NCBI GenBank assembly: GCA_964016885.1
Contig: OZ024741.1
Coordinates: 296,546,001 to 296,610,000, forward strand
Origin: Eledone cirrhosa
Taxonomy: Eukaryota
Direction: 5' to 3'
Length of the DNA: 64,000 bases
In this document: positions 11,504 through 24,496 of the stretch, piece by piece
Layout: the number at the start of each line of letters is the position of its first letter
Numbering within the stretch: position 1 is the first letter of the stretch
Made by a program: the position numbers and the translations under genes
Notes under the pieces: generated by a model
Seen by the model: only the letters and a program-made list of their open reading frames with translations
Database searches by the model: none
What the model was told of the DNA's origin: nothing

Positions 11504-14500
11504 TTCTTCTGGTTTTATAATTTCACAAATGTTTGTCAATAGAGAGAGAGTCGGTTTCTAACATAGACACAAGACTCTCTCATTGGAATTTACACACCAT
11601 CAACTAGGTAGATATGTCTGCATGTCTGCAGGCATGCGTGTGTAGATATGGATATTATTGTATGTGTGGATGTGTATGTTTCGAGTTGTATGTGTGCATG
11701 TGTATATGTTTAGTATCTGTACATGTGTATATGCAGTTATTAGATGCAAAATCTTTGGAATGTTTTACATATTTTTACTGTTTCATTAATGGATTGTACT
11801 TATAATTTCCTAACTAGTTGTGTCCTTCTGTTTCTGTGAAGCCCAGCTTCTCAAGATTTGTATTGAAGCAGTTACTAACATATCCCAGTGCCCCAATAAT
11901 CACAGGTATAAATCTGCATAAATATTCTCCTTTTCGCTAATCTTTGATATTATATTGGCATCTGCTGGACAGCTAACTTCCACTACTGTGCATGCTTTCT
12001 TCTCCCTGTCCCATATCATATGTGGTCTGTTATGCCTGCATTTTATTGGGGTTTTTACTGGAACATTCCACCAGTACTCTTTTATATTATGTATATGTAT
12101 GTCTTCCACATTGATGTAGCTTTTAATGTGTTTATTATCGGGGCTATCTTTTTTTACGGATTGCCTTGTACAGTGTTTTGGCCACTACATCATGCCTCAT
12201 AGGTAGATAGTACTGCAATGACATCTTTGGACAGCTGCTGATGACATGGGTGACATCTTGGATGCTAATTCTGCAGAGTCTGCACTTGTTATCACATCTA
12301 GGTGTTTTGCCTGCATCCCTATCTCTTTTGTGAATTAGGTATTTCGTGTTGATTTCTTGTTCTTGGATTGCAAAAGTGTATCCTTCAAAGTGTGAGCCAA
12401 TATAGCGGTCGTTGGTCCAAGATAGAATACTTTCTTTATCTATATTACTCTCACTCTGGAGCTTCCTGGCAATATATCCATGCATGATATTTTGCTGATA
12501 AGCATGCAGTTTTTCATCCATGGATTCACTGCGATACTGCTGAGCAACTTCCCTGGGTGTGAGTTTTTGATTATCCCACAGGGAATACCTCTCGAGGAGT
12601 TCATTCCCAACTCTCACGATCTTATCTGTTTCATGCAGATAGACTTGCTCGTGAGACGGGCTCCTATGCTTTGAGGTTCGTAGATGTTGTCGGAGGGATA
12701 TGATGCGACATTCAAATGCTGTCTGGACTAATGTTAGGCCTCTGCCTCCCTGCTTACGTTTCAAGTAAAGGCGGTCCATGTCACTGTTGATGTGGAAGTT
12801 TCCGATGTTGTTTAGTATTTTTCGAGTTTTAACATCAATCGCTCGGATTTCGTCTATCGTCCAATTGAGTATTCCAAAAGTTGGTGTTAGGACAGGCACA
12901 GCAAACACATTGTGAGCCACTGTTTTGTTTTGCGCAGAGAGTTCCGATGACCATATCTTTCTTAATCGGGTGTAGTATTCCCTGGTTACGCGTTCCTTAT
13001 TACAGATACCATTATAGGATATGTTCTCATCTATCCCCAGGTATCTGTAGCAGTCCTCATCAGATATCGGTGAAACAGTTAGGTCATTGATACAAATGTT
13101 GCTAGATTGGGTTGTAGTTTTTCCCCACTTTACAGTCATATATGAGCATTTATCTTGGCCAACCTCCATTCCTATATCCTTTGAGAATGGTGTAACCAGG
13201 TCGAGATTTTTCTTCACCCCATCCATGTTCTTGGCATAGAGTTTCAGATCACCCACAAAGAAATTATAGGTTAGGTTCGTATTTCTGTCCTCCTGTGAGC
13301 CAATGATGTATCCTTCACATTTCTTGAGCAGAAAGGACAAGGGGTTTAATGACAGGATGAATAATATCACAGAGAGACTGTCTCCCTGAAATATACCCCT
13401 GCGATATTTTATTTTATCAGTGAAAATCGAGTCCTCCTTCTTTGTCTTTAACTTTAGGATAGTAGCCCAAGAAGAAGACAGCTTCTCTATGGTTCTGATA
13501 ATAATGTCTGGGACTTTAGCAAGTCGGAGGGCCTCTATCATCCAAGAGAAGGGAACAGAATCGAAAGCTTTCCTACAGACTGTAGCCATATTTCTACTAA
13601 GTTGTCGCACCTCCGACATCGCAGTTTTGTTAATTAGGAGTTGTTCAGCACATCCCCAAACCCCTTTCTTTCCAGCTGCTTGTTCATCTGTGATGATGTT
13701 ATTATTTTCACAGTGATCTTGGAGGAATAGGTTCAGGCAGGCTGTATACATCTTATACATCAGGTTCTAGCATGCAATGGGTCGGTAGTTTTTTTTGCCA
13801 GGTGGGTGTCTTTGTTCTTAGGGACCAATAATGTTTGTGTTAATGTCAACCATTCTGGTATAAGTGTATCTCCCTTAAGAACTTGTTGGTAGAGGTCAGT
13901 AAGATACCTCCGATAGAATATCAGTTTTTTGTACCAGTAGCCGACAATCATGTCTCTTCCTGGTGTTTTCTTATCTTGGAGTTTTCCTATCACAGTCTCA
14001 AGGGTATCCTCACTTATTTTGTATGTTTTTGTTGTAGTGTAGGATTAATAGTTCTTTTGGATTTCTTTTAGCCACACTGCATCCTGGTTGAAATTCTTCC
14101 TTTCACCCCATATTTTTCTCCAAAAGGAATCTATGTCTTTCTGGGATGGGGCCTCAGTGACACTTATTATTTTGCCCTTCATATCTCTATAGACTGATGT
14201 TTGATTTCGTCTGAATCTTTTATTAAGCACTTTTCTTTCATCTACCAGGTATCGGCGTTTTTCGCTAACAGCTCTCAATTCTTGTTTGAGGGTGATCAGC
14301 TTATATTGAAGAGTTCTGATTCTACTGTTACCAAACATCTTCTCTATTTTATTTTTCACTCTTTGTTGGTGAGGGGTGAAGTTTTTTTGTGTTTGTTTGC
14401 ATGTAAGGAGCATTGTCACATATCCTATGGTTTTTCGTAGGTCAGCAATCTTTTTTTCTATTTTAGTTATATATGATGGTATTTTTGGTGGTGTTTTGTT

Positions 14501-15576
14501 CTTATAGTATCTCTGCTATCACCAAGATAATGCTTCACTGTCATTGCTAAGGCATATAAACAGGCCTTGATTTGCCAAAATGTTGGGGTTTTTATCCGTC
14601 GTAAATATGCATCCCCTATTTCATCAATAACACGTAATATTTCATTATTTGGTTGTTGTTGTTTTTTTTATTAAATATTGTTGTTTTAAAACGTTCAGCA
14701 AGAGAAATGTTTATACATGAATTAATTTCTCTCTGGAAGATTTCGTTGAGGGAAATTTTCAATTGTTTATACTTTTGATTATTATCATTGTCGATAGTAT
14801 TTTCCACAATAGTCGAGTTAGACTCGGATGGTACACGGGGTGTCAACTTTCTTCGATTATTATTATTATCGATAGTATTTTCCCCAGCATTCGAGGTAGA
14901 CTTAGATGGTACACGTGGTGTTAAATTTCTTATAGGCATAGTTTTTTCAAGGCACTGTTCGACCTGGCTGCAAGAAGTCTGGTAGCATGGCGACCTGTAA
15001 CACGTGTTGTTGATTCCATGTTTGTTGCGGGGGACTTACAATTAATAATATTTATCTTATTTTTACGTTCAACAAACGTCGCTTGTTGGCGTAATTGTTT
15101 CGCTGTGAAGTTATTTAGCTCTGGGTGCATTTCGTCCCAGTGTAGCTTCATTCTGTTCATATAGCCAATGGAGGGATTGTTTTTTGCCATTTTATAACAA
15201 TTAAATAAATCATCATTAAGTTCGCAACTCCAAGAGAAATGCGATTTATAATTTCGGTTTCTTCTGTAGCTACAACTGAATACATTTTGTTTACCTTTCT
15301 CGTTTTTCTTCGGTACTCCACTGATGTTGTTGTTGTTATTGATGGTGTGTTCAGCCATGCTGTTTGAAGCAAATCCTTGTAAAATGAATTATGTATTTAG
15401 TCGGATATCTCTACGAATTCGAATAAAAGGTGTCTTCAGTAGATATAGTTAGAAGAATATCCAGTTATTCAACATGACTGGTAGTTGTGGCATTACTGTC
15501 GGAGATAGTATTCATCTTAAATTTAATTAATAGTCTCCCACACCAAAATATGCGACTGATCGCGTTGACTGCCTAT
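11504..15576 (-). mobile_element. Apparently full-length, frameshifted R4/Dong-type (RT plus restriction-like endonuclease) non-LTR retrotransposon, family A
   Basis: Consecutive ORF pieces 14930-15358, 14045-14419, 13760-13993, 12144-13760 and 11900-12109 carry KTPGRD, KAFDSV, GIFQGDSLS, FVGDLKLY (degenerate xxDD), YRYLG, GGRGL, CRLC..H..SSC, RHD and HNRP...VEVSCP. (TATG)n flanks both ends (about 11492-11503 and 15577-15600). Confidence 0.9.
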
Positions 15577-15600
15577 TATGTATGTATGTATGTATGTATG

Positions 15601-16135
15601 TCGAGTCACTCTTGAGTGCTACTGGTAACATGTAACCCAGTACAACCTGTCGCATGGTCGGGTCGTCGGCGACTAAACTGGCAACCCCACCAAGTTTACT
15701 TGGTGAGGAGGGTGATTTTCGAGACCCTGCAGGACAAAAAACGAAACCTGACAAAGGGCGGAAGAACTCATAAGAGTCAACGGCCATCTGAAAGTGTGTA
15801 AATATGTATATACACATGTACCGCGTGGTTAAACCACTGGGAGTGAAGGACCCCTAGCCTTTGTCAGGGCATTCTTCTAGGAGAAGGCAACTCAGGAAAC
15901 TGGGATAACTCTGATATAAAACCTGCGGCTCAGTAGTTACTGATGATGTTGATCTTTTCTTCTTTTCGGGTTATAGCTACTGTTCCTCAGAGAGTGAGAT
16001 TGGCTCAGTGCAGAGTCTTTCCTCACTTTAAAAAATATCTTCACGCACAGGCATTGCACGATAGAATTAATTAATAACTATTAATAATGGTATAACGTGC
16101 AATGGCCATATTCGATAACGAGGGGGCAGCCATCA
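15601..16135 (+). mobile_element. Retroelement 5'-UTR-like fragments (probably RTE-type)
   Basis: GC-richer structured segments between TATG runs. 15861-16135 duplicates 9474-9737. Confidence 0.5.
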
Positions 16136-16159
16136 TATATATATATGTATGTATGTATG

Positions 16160-18365
16160 TTTCTCTTTCTCTTAATTTCGAGTTCATTTTTGACCGGCCA
16201 CCTTCCTGGTGGCAAGGTTGTAAAAGAAAAGAAATTGTCATCCCTGGAATCGCAAGAATGTTTTGTTAATTTTGAAGGTGCCAGCTATCGCGGCCATTTG
16301 CAGTCTTTGAATTAGGGAGATGCTCTCTTTGTCCACAAATCCAAGTTCTGTCATACTTTGGTCCAAGCGGGTTGGTATATAACCTGTAGCACCAATAATA
16401 ATGGGTATAAAGCTGAAAGTGTATCTTGGATGCTGGATCCCCAACCTCCTCATCAATGGTCTGTAGATGTCCTCCTTCTGTATTTTTCTTACAACGTTGA
16501 CATCAAATGGGAAGCTGATCTCTACAACAGAGCACGTTTTCAATTGTAGTCCCATCGACAATATCAAGCCGGTTGTGCTTTAATTTGGTGGCAGTTCTTA
16601 TTTTCAGGTTCTACCAGTATTCCTTAGTGCCATTAATCTCAACATATTTCTCCTCATTTGTTTTTAATTTTGTTTTCCTTAGTGCGTTCAAAATGGTTCT
16701 ATCTATCACATCGTGTCTTATAGGGTGGTAGTAACGAGACGACATTCTTTCAAAGTTGGCAACAATGTGGCTAACATCTTCGATCTTTGTTTTACATTGT
16801 CTACATTTATTGTAGTAGATATTTATGTAGTAGATATTTGGTTGGGATTTCTTGTTCCTGTATTGCATAAAGATATCCTTCAAGGCAGCATGTCATAAAC
16901 TTGTCGGAACTCCATGCTAGGCTCTTTGAATGATTTATTCCCTCTATGGTCTGTACTTTTCGTTTCAGGTACCCATACACAACATTCTCTGTAAATGGGT
17001 CCATTTTTTATCCTGTTCGAACATTGAATAGGATCTTCCAATGTTCCTGGGAGAGATTTATATCAGGCCTTATTCCATATCCCTCCACCAGATCAGTGGC
17101 TATCCTAATTATATTATTTCTTTAAGGCGGTGGATTGGCAGTATCGGTAGAGGGTCGGACGCCATGCTTTCCAGCATAGTTACGTCCCTTTACAATCTGA
17201 GTTCAAATCCCGCTGAGGTTGACTTTGCCTTTCATCCTTACGGGGTCGATAAAAATAAAAGTACCAGTAATGCACTGGGGAATTGCTGGCCTTGTGCCTA
17301 AAGTAGAAACAATTATTTCTTTCATGCTCATAGACATGGGCAAGATGGTTGCTGACCTTTTTCTTCTGTTGAAGATGTTGCTTCAATGTTACTATCCGGG
17401 TCTCTTATGATGTTAATATGGATTTTAGACCCCGGCCACCTTCTTTGCGTGAGAAGTATAGAGCCTATCCACATCACCATTGATGTTAAAGTTTCCAGTA
17501 ACACTGAGAAGCTTGCGAGTTCTTACATCCTTCTCACTTAGTTTTTGCAATGACCAGTTCAGCAGGCCAAATGTTGGCGTTAGGATTGGCACAGCATAAG
17601 TATTGTGGGCAATGTATTTTTATACGCTGATAGTTCTGATGACCATATTTTCTTTACCCTCCTGAGGTATTCAGTTCTGGTTTTCTCCTTATTTATGGGT
17701 CCATCATATCTGACATTCTCATCATGTCCAAAATATTTGTAGTTGTCACCTGACTGTAGAGGTTGTATTATCAAGCTATTAATATCTAGATTTCCAGAGA
17801 AGGGCACACGTTTTACTGTTAAATATGCACATTTGGACTCACCAAATTTAATTCTGATGTCTGCAGAAAATTGTGTAATGGGGTCCAATTGTTTTTTGAT
17901 ATAGTTGGTATTTGGCCCATACAACTTCAGGTCATCAACAAAGAAAAGATGGGAGATACTTCTGGACCCACTTCTATGACCACTTATTTTGTGAGCAGGT
18001 ATCATAGTGGGTTTAATGAAAGGACGAAGAGCAGCACTGATAAGCCATCACCATGAAAGATGCTTTTCTGGTAGTGTATCGTATCAGTCTCAATTTGCTC
18101 CTTCTCACCCCTAAGGATCAAATTGGTGTACCAGTTCTTGGTCAGGCATTCAACAGCAGCTACTAGTGGTTGTAGAACTTTGGCTAACTGTAAAGCCTTA
18201 ATAATCCACCTATGAGGTACACTATCAAAAGCCTTCTGATAGTCCAGCCACACTACAGTCATGTTTCTGCGATTCTTTGCCGTTTTTTCCTGTATCATTT
18301 TATTTGTTAGTAGGTGATCGATGCAGCCCCACACCCCGCTTCTTTCCACCAGCTTGCTCAGGTGC
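16160..18365 (-). mobile_element. 5'-truncated degenerate R4/Dong-type element, family B, with a SINE inserted at about 17126-17318
   Basis: WLDYQKAFDSV, IFHGDGLS, HLFFVDDLKLY, CRQC..H, RHD, VVEISFP. The SINE is flanked by an ATTATTTCTTT-like duplication. Confidence 0.88.
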
Positions 18366-18599
18366 TGAATGTATGTAGTTGTCTAAAATACATCAGGGTA
18401 ATCACTTATATGCATAGAGGAATAATTGAAAACATTTACCATTCACACATGATTCTTTTTACAGCGAAAGTTTCTGATTAAAAAACGGCAGTTATATCTA
18501 CATAAAATTTACTTCAAACATACGGTGTGTTCCGCCACGAACAGCTATCATATATATAATTTTTTTTTTTTAGAGTATACATAAATGTTTACTATTCAC

Positions 18600-19075
18600 A
18601 GTTGTGCGATATGGTGAGAGGAGCGAAAAAGAACCATGCCACATCGTCCCTCGCGCGGGTTAACAAGGAGCGTGTTCAGGCCTTAGATAGAGAGGCCTGT
18701 TTGAAAAATATATTACAGTTTCCATTTCATGCCGCAAATACTGGCGATGGGCATGTGACCTGTCCTGTGGGGAGTGGGATGGACGCACAAAGATAGCGTA
18801 TCCTGAGACTCCAAAGGGAGTTCAGAAAGGAGCAAACCTTGTCAATTTGGACCTGGAACATCACAACCCTTTCAGGTAAGGCGCAGGAAATAGTGAAGAA
18901 AGCTAGATGCTACCGGCTAGATATAGTCGGGGTTTCCTCAACTAAGTTCCGTGGCTCTGATATTGAAGATTTGGATCGAGAATAGAAACTCCACTATTTA
19001 GGTGTGGCGCCAGGAGTAACTGTACAGGTGGGAGTGGGGATATTCACAAGCCCCCGACTATCAGAATTAATAACT
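18600..19075 (+). mobile_element. LINE 5' fragment with start of AP endonuclease (RTE-like)
   Basis: TWNITTLSGKAQEIV...RLDIVGVSSTK...GVGIF, interrupted by stops. Confidence 0.7.
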
Positions 19076-19589
19076 TTTAAAAATTTAGTTTACATATTGA
19101 GACCTCAACCTATCCTATTTATTTTATAACGTATGGGATTTCTAGTAATGCACTTTTTTTTTGTCATGTATAATGTATAATCTAAAAAAAAAATCCTGCC
19201 AAATCAATGGGTGGCAGTAGTTCCAGCTGCACGCATCGAAAGACTGGTGTAGTGGTTCTGAGATCAATGGAGCTTTGCAGATGATCAATTCAAATTGACA
19301 ATGGAAAGGCGCTCCCGTTCGAGTTAGAAGAGAACTATTAACCTTCAGGAGAAGCAACGACCCCTGATTGTATTCAGCAACCGAAACAAATATAAGTACA
19401 CCAAATCCAATGCTTATTATCGAGTGTAAACTCGGCCAGATGAGAGAGAGATTAGAGATAATGGTTTTTTTTTTTTTATTTATAAAGAAAATTAATTGTC
19501 GCAGGAATGCTACCCCTTAAAATAAAATTTCGCCTGATATAGGTTAACAAAATTGAATAAACGGGAAGGGGAGTACGATTATTCGAAAC

Positions 19590-19696
19590 CCGAGAGTATC
19601 AGCCCATACTTCGTTGCCGCGAGGCTGAAAAGGGCAACTTGTCAAGGTATCAGCCGTTCGCTGATAGGTTTGTAGTTGAGCCTGTGGCAATAGACT
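19590..19696 (+). mobile_element. Short CRE-like endonuclease C-terminal fragment
   Basis: EAEKGNLSRYQPFADRFVVEPVAID matches EEGKLSKYRSLSDRFAVEPVAVET of the element at 20770-22980. Confidence 0.65.
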
Positions 19697-20120
19697 TCTC
19701 TCTCAATATATCTAACTTACTCTCTTCCTCCTCTCTCAATATATGGAACTTACTCTCTTCTCCCTCTCTCAATATATGGAACTTACTCTCTTCTCCCTCT
19801 CTCAATATATCGAACATACTCTTTTCCCCCTCTCTCAATATATGGAATTTACTCTCTTCATACTCTCTCACTATATCTAACTTACTCTCTTCCCCCTCTC
19901 TCAATATATGTAATCTAATTTCTTCTCCCTCTCACTATATATGTAACTTACTCTCTTCCCCCGCTCTCAATATATATAACTTACTCTTCTTCCTCTCTCA
20001 ATATATCTAACTTATTCTTTCTCCCTCTCTCACTAATGTGATTTACTCTCTTCCCACTCTCTCAATTTATATAACCTACTCTCTTCTCCCTCTCTCACTA
20101 TATACATAACTTATTCTCTT
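19697..20120. repeat. 30-bp minisatellite (CTCTCAATATATGTAACTTACTCTCTTCCC)
   Basis: About 14 tandem units. The same unit recurs at 22978-23240. Confidence 0.9.
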
Positions 20121-20269
20121 TTTTTTTCCTAACCTCAAATTTTTTAAGTTTATAAAATTGTAGAAATAAATCAGTGACACATACAGGCACACCAGGTCCG
20201 AACACGGAGGAACCAATCTTCCACTGTCACCGCCTCCGTTTCTCCTGCTCTGCCCATCTCTCATTATTA

Positions 20270-20765
20270 TCCTTACGGGGTCGATAAAATAAAGTACCAG
20301 TAATGCACTGGGTAATTGCTGGCCTTGTGCCTAAAGTAGAAACAATTATTTGGCAGTATCAGGGCGGTGGATTGGCAGTATCAGTAGAGGGTCGGACGCC
20401 ATGCTGTGCAGCATAGAGCTACGGCCCTTTATGATCTGAGTTCAAATCCCTCCGAGGTTAACTTTGTCTTTCATCCTTACGGGGTCGATAAAATAAAGTA
20501 CCAGTAATGCACTGGGTCGATTTAATCGACTTTCCCCTCCTCCCAAATTACTGGCCTTGTGTCTATATAAGAAACCATTATTTGGCAGTATCGGTAGAGC
20601 GTCGAACACTATGCTTTGGAGCATAGAGTTATGGCCCTTTACTTTCTGAGTTCAAATCCCGTCGAGGTTAGTTTTGCTTTTCATCCTTAAGGGGTCGATA
20701 AAATAAAGTACCAGTAATGCACCTGCGTAATTGCTGGCCTTGTGCCAATAGTAGAAACAATTATT
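20270..20765 (+). mobile_element. Tandem cluster of tRNA-derived SINE copies
   Basis: Same consensus as 2130-2760. Confidence 0.85.
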
Positions 20766-20769
20766 ATGA

Positions 20770-22977
20770 ACAAATGGAGTCACACGCGCTGGCCGCCCTG
20801 CCGTCCCGGCGAACTGAAATGAAAAGGCGTTTCCCCGAGGAGGATGAGGGAGATGCGCTGGAATGGCCATTCCAGCTGGCGAGGCTCACTCCTGAGGGTA
20901 GCCAGGTCTGTGCCGATGTGGTGAATAGGGAAGTGGCCCTAGTGCCGAGGACACCAGAAGTCTCCACTGCTACGGGCTCGACTGCAAACCTGTCGGAGAG
21001 CGACCGATATTTGGAGAGTTTACCCTCCTCAACCCGAAGTGTAGCAGGGCTTGGATTAGTCGCAGACTGCACCAGGTTGCCTCTGGAGAATGTGTCGCTG
21101 CATGTGGAAACGCAGATGAGGAGTTTACCACCACGGAACGGGAAGATGGTCATGCTATCTTGCTTTTTGCTGTCCCCTCGGTCCAGCCCCGCCTGTTCGA
21201 GCTGGGATGGGAAGCCTGCAGCATCCAAGCCATGCTTTATGACCTCGTTGAGAGCAGCATGGCGTGGAAGGCAGTCGGCACTGTAGCGACAGGACAGCGG
21301 GTGGAGGCCGAAAGAGTTTACGGTTGATCCGCAGCGACATTTGTGTGGTTCGTAGATCCGGAGGTCGAGCCTCAGGGAAATCCCGATGTGCAAGCTATCA
21401 TTATCCAGCTGCGTGCCAGTTGAACAGGAGGGTAAGCCATTGAGCCAGACATCGCTGTGAGGTTGCGAGACCCAGCGAAAGCATGTGAGGCGGTGCTGGT
21501 CGAGCTGGCGCGCTAGTCTGTCCGAGGTTATGTTGCACTGGATGGCACCCCATATGCTCCGGGGGGGATTTGACGTCAACAGAGGGAAAGGGAGAAGGGA
21601 CGTCTACTTTGCTGAGTCCGAGTAGTTCCAAATCTCGCAGGCGGCCTCACGTTCTTCGATCACAGCGGGTTCCATTGTGTTTTGGAGAACCCTGTTGATG
21701 AGGACGCGGCAAAAGGTTACTGACGAAAGAAACCCAAGCAAAGCGAGCAAGATCGGGGACTAAGGCCACCATTTCTAATAGGTAAGGTGGCCTCTTGCCA
21801 TCCAAAGTCGTCAAACCAGACGTTACATATCTTCTTATCTGTCGCTCGGATACAAGTGTCGAGGTCAGCAAGGAGAGATGCGTGGCTGTAGCAAGGAGCG
21901 CTACAAAGTGTGTAGAGGAGCTTCGGCATGTCGAACCAGTTCCTCAACAGGAAGAGAGCTGGGAAGGCGTCAAGTATGCCAAGTCTGCTCGTAAGGGTCG
22001 TGAGCTGCTGGAGCCTGGACCTGATGGTGGAGCGGATGGCCGGAGGGAGGATCGGCAACCCGAGGATGAGGACATCTTCTTTAGGGGTCTCCTGCTCCTG
22101 GAGGAGAATGGATCGCACATCCGAGATGGAGGCTGCAAAATCCTCTGCATCGTGGTGGACATTCACCACCTCCGACTTGCACGAGTTGACCTCGAGGCCG
22201 ATTCTCGCCAGAACAGGAACCACCGATTGCAGGTCGTGGCAGACAGTCTCAACGGGCCCAACGTGGTATCACCCAGGTACCAAACATTGAGAGGAGGTAT
22301 GATGTTCTGAGCAATGTGGTCTATACCAAGAGTAAAGAGGAGGGGGTCCAAAGGGTCGCCTTGTTGGACCCCAGTGGCTGAAGGTATGACTGTGTCAGCT
22401 ACAAGGAGCATGTTCGGGAATCCATACGACAGGTAGGCCAGCGGGTAGGCAGAGGGGGCGCGGCTGAGGTAGGCCTCGAGCAGATGGTCGCGGCGTAGGC
22501 AGTTGAAGGCATTCCTCATGTCAAGCTTAACAATGGGGTGCCTGGCGTCCCTCGACGCCAGTTCAGATGGGTAGCTTTTGAAGAACTGCCTAAATGCATG
22601 TGCAACCCCTTCACACCCACCGGACATGCAGACCTTTAGTTGCACCGGGCTGAGCTCCTGGTCCAGTTCAGGTGTGATTGACCTGTAGATCACCTTGGCT
22701 GCTAGTCTCTGGAAGATGTTGCCCACAGCGATGGGGCGTATGCCAACCTCTTGAGAGCGGTCAGGCTGGCCGAAAAGAAGAGGCCTCGGGCGTTAGGGTC
22801 CAGAGCACCATGGATGAACCTGTTGGTGAGTGCCACAATTGCACTCAGAAGACGGCGCCCAGCTTCAGCAGAGATGGGGGATAACACTTTGAGGTGGTCA
22901 GGTCGGAGACCATCAGTACCTCGCTGCTGCTGGCAGGGTGGGTCTTAATGGCAGACATGATGTCTGCGCCTGAAGCC
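20770..22977 (-). mobile_element. Degenerate CRE-clade-like non-LTR retrotransposon (RT, CCHC, restriction-like endonuclease)
   Basis: KLDMRNAFN, GVQQGDPLDPLLF, WYLGD (degenerate YLDD), LPIRNGGL, WLNGLP, CRCG..H.LSC, RHAALN and a degenerate PD motif. Frameshifted and visibly GC-rich. Confidence 0.8.
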
Positions 22978-23240
22978 ACTCTCAATATATGTAACTTACT
23001 CTCTTCCCCCTCTTTCAATAAATGTAACTTACTCTCTACTTCCTCTCTCAATATATGTAACTTATTCTCTTCCCTCTCTCTCAATATATGTAACTTACTC
23101 TCTTCTCCCTCTCTCAATATATGTAACTTACTCTCTTCCTCCTCTCTCGATATATGTATCTTACTCTCTTCTCCCTCTCTCAATATATGTAACTCACTCT
23201 CTTCCTTCTCTCTCACTATATACATAACTTATTCTCTTCT
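22978..23240. repeat. 30-bp minisatellite, second block
   Basis: About 8-9 units of the same repeat as 19697-20120. Confidence 0.9.
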
Positions 23241-23264
23241 CTTAATAATAATAATAATAATGAT

Positions 23265-23630
23265 AATAATGAAATTATTGTGTACAGTGCTCAGGTGCAC
23301 TACAACTCGTCAAAGGTGCATGTATAGTACATAGAATAATTGTTTCTACTTTAGGCACAAGGCCAGCAATTACCCAGTGCATTACTGGTACTTTATTTTT
23401 ATCGACCCCGTGAGGATGAAAGGCAAAGTCAACCTCGATAGAATAATATACAAATGTCAGGGAAGTGAATAGTGTATGAGTCATGATATACATGTGTGCA
23501 TGTGTATGAAGGGGGAATATTAGGTGTAGTGTTGGCGAATAATATATTATATATTATATTGAAAATTATTGTGTACAGTGCTCAGGTGCACTACAACTCA
23601 TCAACGGTGCATTTATAGTACATAAAATAA
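23265..23630 (-). mobile_element. CR1-family 3'-UTR fragments with a SINE piece
   Basis: Reverse complement of the tail at about 45300-45535 (GAGTTGTAGTGCACCTGAGCACTGTACACAATAATTTC), present twice. Confidence 0.7.
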
Positions 23631-23877
23631 TGTATTGTATCATTCTTAAAGTCCTTTTTTGTAAGCTTTTGTGGTGGATAAAAAAAAAGATTATTATTAT
23701 TATTGAATATATCTACATGATAAATTCACTCTGTAAAGTGGTTGGTGATATGAAGGGCATTCAGACATAGGAAACCTGCTTGGTAGAGTGTGGGAATGTA
23801 TGTGATATGCTGACCCCCAGCCCCATCTGAACATTCAGAAGAATGTGGGAACACATACACATACATATATATAAATT

Positions 23878-24390
23878 TACACTGTAAAGTGGTCATGTAG
23901 GTGTCATGACAAAAAGCACCTAGCCAGTGCACGCTGTAAACTGGTCGTGTAGGTGTCACGACAAAAAGCTGCCAAACCACACTGTAAGGTGGTCATGAAG
24001 GTGTCTCGACAAAAAGCACCCAGTCAGCCCTCACTGTAAAGTGTTCGTATAGGAGTCACAACAAAAAGCACCCAGCCAGCCCACATTGTAGTGGTCGTGT
24101 AGGAGTCACAACAAAAAGCACCCAGCCCACACTGTAAGGCGGTCGCGTAGGTGTCACAACATAGAGCACCCAGCCAGCCCACACTGTAAAGTGGTCATGT
24201 AGGAGTCACTAGAAAAATCACCCATCACACACTGCAAATGTGGTTAGCGCCAGAAAGAGCATCCAGCTGTAGAAATCTATCCAGAAACAGTACTATATGA
24301 GCAAGAGATGGTCACCTGACCCAACTTGCCTCAAATGGGACAACACGTCTAATCCATGCTAGAGTGAAGAGTGGACTTCAAACAATGACG
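23878..24390 (+). repeat. Tandem array of about 45-50-bp units derived from a dispersed SINE-like repeat, ending in that repeat's tail
   Basis: CACTGTAAAGTGGTCGTGTAGGTGTCACGACAAAAAGCACCCAG units. Confidence 0.8.
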
Positions 24391-24400
24391 ATATATATAT

Positions 24401-24496
24401 AGGGTGTCCCAAAAAATAGATACACACTTCAACAGCTTCTAGTAATTATTGCCTGTACAGTTCATCAAAGTCTATATACATCCCTTGGGACACCCT
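24401..24496. mobile_element. Tc1/mariner-type MITE (about 96 bp)
   Basis: TIR AGGGTGTCCCAA / TTGGGACACCCT in TA context. Confidence 0.7.

Noticed and set aside
19639-20010. Periodic Leu-rich or REGEESK ORFs (also 22845-23334)
   Set aside because: Artefact of a 30-bp (multiple of 3) minisatellite; no splice or coding context.
20717-22310. Long plus-strand ORFs opposite the CRE-like element, and minus-strand ORFs opposite gag/pol (for example 27505-28140)
   Set aside because: Antisense shadows of GC-rich retroelement coding sequence with no recognisable domains.
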